From Jimgerdemannia flammicorona (taxonomy: Eukaryota): DNA of 45,243 bases. The DNA is taken from the NCBI GenBank assembly GCA_003990765.1, contig RBNJ01000063.1:1-45243 (forward strand), given 5' to 3'. The position numbers and the translations under genes were made by a program. The notes beneath the pieces are model-generated. The model was not told the origin of the DNA. It made no database searches and saw nothing but the letters and a program-made list of their open reading frames with translations. Below are positions 37,401 to 45,243 of this stretch, one piece after another; within the stretch, counting starts at the first letter, position 1; each line of letters opens with the position of its first letter.

Positions 37401-40400
37401 TAGTGGAGAATAGAGGGGTGGATACAAGAAGGTGCCTCAGTTGGTATTAGGTGGATGAGACTGAAGGAGGCTGCCAGGGTCTATTGGAGGGAGGCAAGTG
37501 CAGCAGCTGAGAGACAGAGGAGGAAGAAGAGGTTGTGGGCCTTTGCTAGATTGATAAGACTATTGGAAGATTGAGCAGATTTGGTGGCCCTAGAGGGGGT
37601 GGAGGATTGGAGATTACTACAGATGAAAAAGAAGGTTGTAGAGTTACAACAGATATTATAGGAGGAGGAGGAAGTACAGGTGTAGAGTATGGCAGCACAT
37701 CTACATTGGCAGGAACTGAAGGAAGGAGAGAGGCCCTCTAAGTTTCTCATGAGAGCTCTTTGGGTAAGGAGGGTTCAGCTGAGATAGAAGAAGATTCTCA
37801 ATTCTGAGAGAACATTAGTACATAGTATACAAGATATTCTCAGATCACTGAAGGAGCAGTAGAGTGGCTTGTAGAGTGAGAAGAAGGGTGGGGCAGAAGA
37901 TGCTGCCACTGGTCTTACCTTAGAGGATTAGTGCTCACCACAGATAAAAGGGCTGAGCAACCTAGTAATGCCAGTACAGGAGGAGGAGATTCACCAGATT
38001 CTTGCTATAACTATGCTTGGTATAGTACCAGGTGAGAATGGCCTGCCTTGGGCTTTCTGGAAGAAGATGATAAATGTCTCCAGTATACTGAGAGAGCTAA
38101 AAGCACTCTGTGACTTAGTACTGTAGTCTAGAAGATGGATAGGAGAGCAAGATCTGGGGCTAGTGATACTGCTGTATAAGAACAAGGGTAAGAGAGAGGA
38201 CTGGAAGAACTGGAGGCTGATCATACTACTAGATATAGACAGGAAGTTAATTACTAAGGTAGTAGTAGTGAGGCTGTAGAAGGTGGCCCAGCAGATCTTG
38301 GGGGTAGAGTAGTAGGGATTTGTTAGAGGCTAACTCATTTGAGATGGCATGACTTGGGTATATATTATTATTAAAGGAATACAGACCTGTAGATTAGATG
38401 GGTACTTAGTCTTCTTAGATTAGGAGAAGGTATATAACTATATTCAGAGGATCTGGTTAGCAAAGATACTAGATAAAATTGAAGTCCCTCAACAGTTCTA
38501 AGTAGTAACCAATTGGCTATTCATTTTTGCAAGCAAATTTTCTTGTAAAAATTTTTAAATTTTTAAATTTTTTTTTAACTATAAATTTTCAATAAAATTT
38601 TTTTCAAAAAATTAATTTTAATTTTAATTTTTTTTATCTTATATTTATTAGTAAAAGTATTAAAAAAAAAAAAAAAAAAATTGAAAAATATTTTTAAAAA
38701 ATATTTTAGATTTTTTTTTAATTTTATATTTATTAGTAAAAAAAATTTTTTAAATAAAAATTATATATTATTTTTTTTTGTAAATAAATTTACCTGTATT
38801 ATAGCCTAAGGGATAATGATCAGCCTACTGAAAGAGAGTAGGGCTGCACTCATGTGTAATGGGCATCAAGAGGTGGTTTTTCCTCTAGATAGGAATATTC
38901 TCCAGAGGGACTCACTATCTCTCATTTTGTATATACTCTCCTTGGAGCCCTTAATAGATAGGATTTAGCAGAAGATAGAAGAGTTTTCAGTTTATGGTAT
39001 TGAGTAGAAAGTTGGTGCTTTTACAGATAATATAGTAGTTGGCCTGAGTTTGATTGCTAATGTTGAGGAACTCAAGAAGACTATAGAGTAGTATGAGGTA
39101 TACTCTGGGGCTAAACTCAATTAGTATAAGTGTGAAACAATAGTACTAAGTAATAGCCTAGTGGGGAGAGATATCATTGAAACAATTATCTCTACTGAGG
39201 AGATAGTGAGATACTTAGACATCTATCTGTCAGTGTATGGGTTTATTCTTTCAAAACTCTGATAGAAACAGTGGGTAGTTATCTGGAGAGAGGCCCTGCA
39301 GAGCTGGAGAGGCTGCCACTTATCTCTGGTAGAGCATATTTCCATCTTGAATACTTACTAGCTGCTGAAGTTGTGGTATCTGATATATTATCTAGACTTC
39401 TCAGTCTAAGTGGTGAAGAGACTGCTGAAACTGGCCAAGGGGTGGATCTGGATAGAGAGAAGGAGTCAGATTAGCTGGGAAATTTTGTCCTTACTGGTGA
39501 CTAGAGGGAGACTCAGGCTGGTTGACTTTCCGAAGAGGTTATACTGTCTGAGAACATGGTGGCTGAAGAGAGCTGTTGAGCTGGGGGGTGGTAGCTGGAT
39601 TCCTCTATTGAAGAAGGTCTGAGAGATGAGGTCCTCACTATGAGGATCTACAAAAGATCTTCTGTCCTTGGTTGGGCTTCAGAATAATGAGTATATACAG
39701 TTTAAGAGCTTCTGGTGGAGAGTTACTAATGGGGTATACCACATTAGCATTCATTGGGAGAAAGATGAAGAAGAAAGACTTTGAGATTCAGCAATGTGGA
39801 GATGGGATCAAGTGTTACTGGAGGGTATCCCCCTTGGTGAATTTGATATTAGTAATGAAGTTGAGTGCTAGAGGGGATTGGGGCAGGATCTGTGGCCTAG
39901 CAGATAGTAGTTGGTGGGTGTTGGCAAAGAGTAGGACTAGAACAGGATCTAGAACTAGAGTACTGAGATTTGGCAGTAGCTGCTACTGAAGTATTGAGTG
40001 GTCTGGTGGTACATATTGAGGAGGAATATCATACTCAACTTTCACTCTAGCCACTGGGAAACCTTTGACTATAAGGAGTACTACAATGTTGAACAGAAAG
40101 GGAGTTTTGTACAGATGCCTGAATATTGGCTAAGAGAGTACAAGGTGCTCAGTGACTTCTGGATAGTGGTTAAAAAGAGGTTGGATATCATGCAGAGGGG
40201 GGATAGTGTGAGGGATCAGTAGGAGGATCTGCAGGATAGATTGGTAAAAGGGGTTAGGAGAGAGTAGCTTACTTTAGAGTGAGTGCTGGCTGTATAGATA
40301 GAGTTGATAAGACACTAGCTGTATACATATGTTTGAGAATAAAAGATATCTGAGCTTAGGGGTATAACTATTGTGATGGGAAGGACTGATGGAGGATACT

Positions 40401-40630
40401 CTAATGGGTTGGTGGCATGGGTGAGAACTGCAGAGTGATCAGCAGTATTGTTTGATAGAGAAAATATGTAGACAGAGTGGGAGGAGAGTTGGAGTCATGG
40501 AAGATAGGGTGATTTTTAAGTATAAAAGAGTAGAGGAAGGGGGGGGAATTCCCCTATAGAGATTGAGTAGTGGGAGGAGATAATGTAAATTTATGTATAG
40601 ACTGGTAATAAATGACAAAGTCCAAGTAAC

Positions 40631-40706
<76 letters not shown>
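34480..40706 (+). mobile_element. Full-length L1/Tx1-like LINE, copy 2, with 73-nt poly(A) and 14-bp TSD
   Basis: Colinear with copy 1; gacaaagtctatct duplicated at 34466-34479 and 40707-40720; poly(A) at 40634-40706. Confidence 0.93.
38503..38805. mobile_element. 303-bp very AT-rich insertion in the LINE RT
   Basis: Absent from LINE copy 1; flanked by ctaag at 38498-38502 and 38806-38810; removing it restores colinearity. Confidence 0.7.
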
Positions 40707-40708
<2 letters not shown>

Positions 40709-40720
40709 CAAAGTCTATCT

Positions 40721-42010
40721 ATCTGATAATATAAACCTATACTATAAGATATTATAAGAATACTATGACTCCTCTCTGACTGGTCACCTTGAAATTGAGA
40801 AAACTATTAAGAATATTTAGTATTACTATTATTGGCTAAATATAGTTAAGAAAATCAAGAACTATATTGCTAGCTATAATCTTTATCAGTATAACAAGTT
40901 TACTAATTAAGTACTAGCTAGTTTATTACAACCACTACCAATTCTAACCAAGAAATTTAAATAAGTTACAATAGACTTTGTAATTTAACTAATATGAATC
41001 CAATCTAGTGCTGATGCTATTATTATATTTATTGACTGTTTAATAAAAACTATAGTTATTGAATTAAATACTACTATATCTGAGATTGCAAGAATATTCT
41101 TCAAGTCTATCTTCCATCACTATGGCTTACTATGAGTAATTATTAGTAATTGTGACTCCAAGTTTACTAGTTACTTCTAATAAACTTTATTTAAGATTCT
41201 GGGAACCCAACTAGCTATATTTACTGTTTTCTATCTGTAAACTGATAAATAAACTAAGTATATGAACAGAACTTTAGAATAGATACTCAGAAACTATATT
41301 TCTTATGAGTAAGATAATTAGAATTATTACTTAACTTATATAGAGTTTGTATATAATAATGCTATCTATCTATTGGTCTTTTTTCCTTTTTAGCTACTCC
41401 ATAGTTAAGATTCTGAGACTTCTGTAAGTTTAGCTCCTTTTAAGAAAAGCAGTTAAATATAATTCTCTATTGTCAAGAACCTTATAGATAAAATAGATGA
41501 GCTACTTAAGATTGCTACTATGAATCTCCAGAAGATCCAACAGTATCAAGCCAAGTATACTAATAAGAAATACTATAATATTACTTATACTATTAGAGAT
41601 CAAGTTCTACTGTTTATTGAAAATCTCAAGATATAATCTCAAGTCAACTGTCTATCAATCTAAGTATATTGAACTCTTTGAGATTACTGAATAAGTCTCT
41701 ATATTTTTCTACTATCTCAAACTATCTGAAACCATAAGAGTATATCTAGTCTTTTATATATCACACCTTAAGATTTAAAACTAGTTACCATCCTACTCTG
41801 GTTAAATTCTCAAGTTATCTACCTTTGTAATTATTAAAGACTATATTGAGTATGAAGTTAAGAAAATCCTTGATAAGTAAATCTACTATCATCATTCTGA
41901 ATATCTGATCAAGTGGATAGACTACTCTAAATATAGTATTATCTAGAAATTACTGATCAATCTCAAGAACTCTTAAGATCTAATTTAAGTCTTTGAGATA
42001 AAATATATTA
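40721..42010 (+). pseudogene. Gypsy-B integrase and chromodomain
   Basis: SPLTGHLEIEKT, LLQPLPI, IISNCDSKFTS, and EYEVKKILDK...EYLIKW...NLKNS. Confidence 0.85.
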
Positions 42011-42287
42011 TCTAATTCCTATAGTGACTTTCTTAGATTATCAATAACCTATAGTAATAACTAGTATCTTATATATTAGAAGTTTACTTTAAGACTCTGA
42101 AACTAGCAGAATATCTAGTGAATAAGAAGTTTACTGAAATGAAACTATAGGCTGAGTTCAAACTTCTCTCAGTTGATTAGTCTGATAATAGGCTCTCTGC
42201 TCTATAAAAATGATCAGTTCTTACCAATATACTGATATAAGTTTAAAAAATTTTGGTTAAATATATTTAGTCATATATAATCTAAGA

Positions 42288-42333
42288 TAAAGGAAGGAGT
42301 CCAAGTGACTATAAAAAAAAAAAAAAAAAAAAA
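42288..42333 (+). mobile_element. 46-bp extreme 5'-truncated LINE tail with 16-bp TSD
   Basis: taaaggaaggagtccaagtgactat+(A)21 flanked by catatataatctaaga at 42272-42287 and 42334-42349. Confidence 0.9.
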
Positions 42334-42500
42334 CATATATAATCTAAGAACTTAACAAGGTTATTAATTCTTAAGGAGAGAGAGATGTAATAATTTTACA
42401 GTCATATTTTAGTCTTAGTACTTTTTCACATCTTTTTGCTAGTCTTTTCTTATTTTTTCTTATATATTTTACTATATTTTAGTATCTTTTAAATATCTAG

Positions 42501-45128
42501 TGTAATGGTTCTAGTTTCTAAATGAGGAAGTAACTAGTTCTAGTGGTTCTAAGTAGCTCAAAGAGATACTTAAGAGTTCAAGTGTTCTTAAAGGATTTCT
42601 GAGAGAAAATATTCTGAGACTTTATTTATGAGAACAAAGAAGATATTTATACAAGATCTGAAAGAAGGATCTGGAAGGATCTGAGAAATCAAAGGAAAAT
42701 ACCAAGAGGAAAGTTCTCAGCAAAGATGACAAATGATGATAAATAAAGTTCTACAAGTTTTCAGGACAATCAGTAACTAGCTAAATAAGTACTAGAGAAT
42801 GCTCAGTACTAAGAAAGAATTTCTAAGCATTTGGAAAGTATCAGAAGATCATAGAATATTGAAGAAAGACAAAGAAAAGAAATAAACTATGCTAAAATGT
42901 TACATCTCCCCCTCCTTAAGAATTAACATCCTTGTTGAATTCTCAAAGTTATACATAATAAACAATAAGACTAAAAGAAACTTCAAATTAAATATACTGA
43001 CTCATTGGCAAGGATTGGCCATTCTTGTATAAGATGAGGGCCAAAGTATCATCTTGATCAGATGAGAACTGATTTGAACCTCATTGGTTGTAGGATTTAT
43101 AGGGTTCTTCTATATCTCTTATTTCTGATGCTATATCTCTTAGAGAGCTCTGATGTGTAATGTACCTGATCAGTATAGTAGGTCATCTACTATCCAAGGA
43201 GAGAACCTCATGGGCAGTCAATGAGTTCCTTTTTGCTCGAACTCTTGGATGAGGTCTTGAGAGTTCTTGAGATTGGTGGCAGGTTCCCAGGTGGCATCAT
43301 ATTTAGGGTAACCCATCTACTTGACTAGGTATTCTGTGCAATGGTATTGGACTCACTTGTCTAAGATTTTTTCAACTTCATACTCGATGTGGTCTTCAAC
43401 TATAACTAGTGCTGATGGTGTCAGAATTCAGCCAGGGTATAGGGGTGACTGATTCCAGGCCTTGAGTTGTAATATATGAAATACTGGGTATATACATATG
43501 GTTGTTGGCAAGTTGAGATGGTAAGACTAGGTGGAGACTTGCTTGGTGATCTCAAAGGGTCTAAGGTACTTGGGCTGGAATTTGGCTGACTGGCAGTTGA
43601 CTTGAGATTGAGTCTTGATATTGTTGGCTTTGAGTAGAACCATATCACCAATATTGTATATGATATCTTGCCACTTCTTATCTGCATACTTAGCTTGATA
43701 TTGCTGAGCCTTTTGCAGATTCATAGTGGTGATCTTGAGAAGGGAATCTATTTTGTCAATAAGGTTCTGAGCTATGGGGACTTGAGTGTGACTAGATTGC
43801 TGGAATTGGACTAGACTTGCAGGGGTCTCAGGATTTTGACTATGAAGTAGCTGAAATGGGAAAAGACCAGTTAATGATTGGTTGGCGTTGTTGTAGATAA
43901 ACTCAGCATAGATCAGATAGTGATCCTAATTATCTTGCTCATAAGACACATAGTTTCTGAGCATTTGTTCTAGTATTCTATTCATTCGCTCTATCTATTT
44001 ATCAGTTTGAGGGTAGAAGGTAGTGGACATCACGATTTGGGTTCCAAGGGTCTTAAAGAGTGCTTGCCAGAAGTGGCTTGTGAACTTGGGGTCGCAGTCA
44101 CTGATAACTACTCAGGGAAGTCTATAATGGCGGAAGACAGTCTTGAAGAAGATTCTTACAATTTCTGAGGCAGTGGCATTGGTTGTGGTTGGCTCAGTGA
44201 TTATAATCTTGGTGAGATGGTCCACAAACACAACAATAGCATCATAGCCTGTTTTGGTTCATGGGAGTTGCACAATGAAGTCCATTGTGACTTGTTCAAA
44301 CTTCTTAGTCAGAATTGACAAGAGTTGTAGAAGACCAGCAGGTGCTTGATTGCTTGACTTGTTTCTTTAGCAAAGATCACAGCTTTAGACATACTCCTTG
44401 ATTTCCTTGAGCATGTTTGGCCAGTAGTAGTCTTGTTGGATATTCTTGATGGTCTTCTCAGTTCCAAGGTAACCAGCTAGTGGGGAGTCATGATGTTCAT
44501 GAAGAATCTTGTACTGTAGTTCAGGGTTGGCAGGAATATATACTTTATCTTGATAGTATATGAGGTTGTCCTTGATGGTGTACTTTTCCTTGAATTTCTT
44601 GGTATTCCTTTGTAGAACCAGAGGGTCTTGTTTGTATACCTTCTTGATCTGATTGAGGAATTCAGGTGCCATGGTGACTTGTAAAATTGTTACAAGGTCG
44701 GGTCTTCTTGAAAGTGCATCTGGTACAACTAGAGTTTTGCTGGGCTTGTAGATAATGTTTGGGGTAAAGGTCTGAAGTAGTTGACTCCACTTGGCTTGTT
44801 GGCGAGAAAGAGTTGGTTGAGTGTTGATATACTGAAGGGACCTGTGATCAGTGATCACATCAAACTCAACTCCTTCTAGATAGTGTCACCAGGTCTTGAG
44901 AGTATGTATGATTGCCAGGAGTTCCTTTTCGTGAGTAGTCAGCTTTTGTTCCACTGGGGACAATTTTCTTGACTTAAAGGCAATAGTTCGGTGTCCTCAC
45001 CCATCATCTTGAGAAATGACTGCACCAATGGCAAAGTTAGATGCATTTGTAGTAACTGTAAACTTCAAGTTTGGGTCCATATTTCTAAGGATAGGGGTCA
45101 GATGGTTCTTGAGTTCTTGAAAAGCTTA
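42501..45128 (-). mobile_element. Gypsy-C: related chromovirus, 3' portion (RH-IN-chromodomain, PPT, 404-bp 3' LTR at 42501-42904), inserted in the Gypsy-B 3' LTR
   Basis: TDASNFAIGAV, ITDHRSL, VPDALSRRPD, HEHHDSPLAG, EYEVEKILDK...WEPATNL; PPT aaggagggggaga; LTR tgtaac...attaca homologous to the Gypsy-B LTR. Confidence 0.9.
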
Positions 45129-45243
45129 TTTTTTTTTTTTTTTTTATAGTCCCTTGGACTCCATCTTTATTACCAGTCTATGAATAAGTATACAATATCA
45201 CCACCCACTAACCAATCCCCATCGGGGGGCCCCACCCCACCTC
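45129..45243 (-). mobile_element. 3' end of a further LINE copy inserted in Gypsy-C pol (runs off the window)
   Basis: Poly(T) followed by atagtcccttggactc, the reverse complement of the LINE 3' terminus. Confidence 0.85.

Larger units (their letters stand above)
24589..42500 (+). mobile_element. Gypsy-B: chromovirus (gag-CCHC-dUTPase-PR-RT-RH-IN-chromodomain), heavily degenerate and multiply interrupted
   Basis: 5' LTR 24589-~24862 plus ~30735-30920 (tgtaat...attaca), PBS-like tgatagcagtag, PPT aaggagagagaga, and 3' LTR starting at 42386 that matches 24589 onward. Confidence 0.88.

Overview
Eukaryotic, almost certainly fungal DNA; intron-dense genes suggest an early-diverging lineage such as Mucoromycota, but that is inference. 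About 10 kb of GC-rich, CpG-intact host genes sit among nested, heavily C>T/G>A-mutated retrotransposons. The four genes are an IAH1-like SGNH esterase, an RRM+CCHC SR-type splicing factor, a FAR-17a/AIG1-like protein and a 3'-truncated EDEM/Mnl1 GH47 mannosidase. Main finding: the whole gene block (3498-17516, 14.0 kb) lies inside the pol gene of one Ty3/Gypsy element (LTRs 493-2051 and 21792-23355). It is flanked by a perfect 18-bp target-site duplication, has a poly(A) tail at one end and a ~1.2-kb poly(A)-tailed, apparently non-autonomous retroelement at the other. This is the signature of a very large TPRT-type 3' transduction, yet introns are retained on both strands. The right half holds a chromovirus (24589 to >42500) interrupted by two full-length L1/Tx1-like LINEs, a 46-bp LINE tail and a second chromovirus. 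Two different Gypsy lineages each encode a dUTPase, at different positions.
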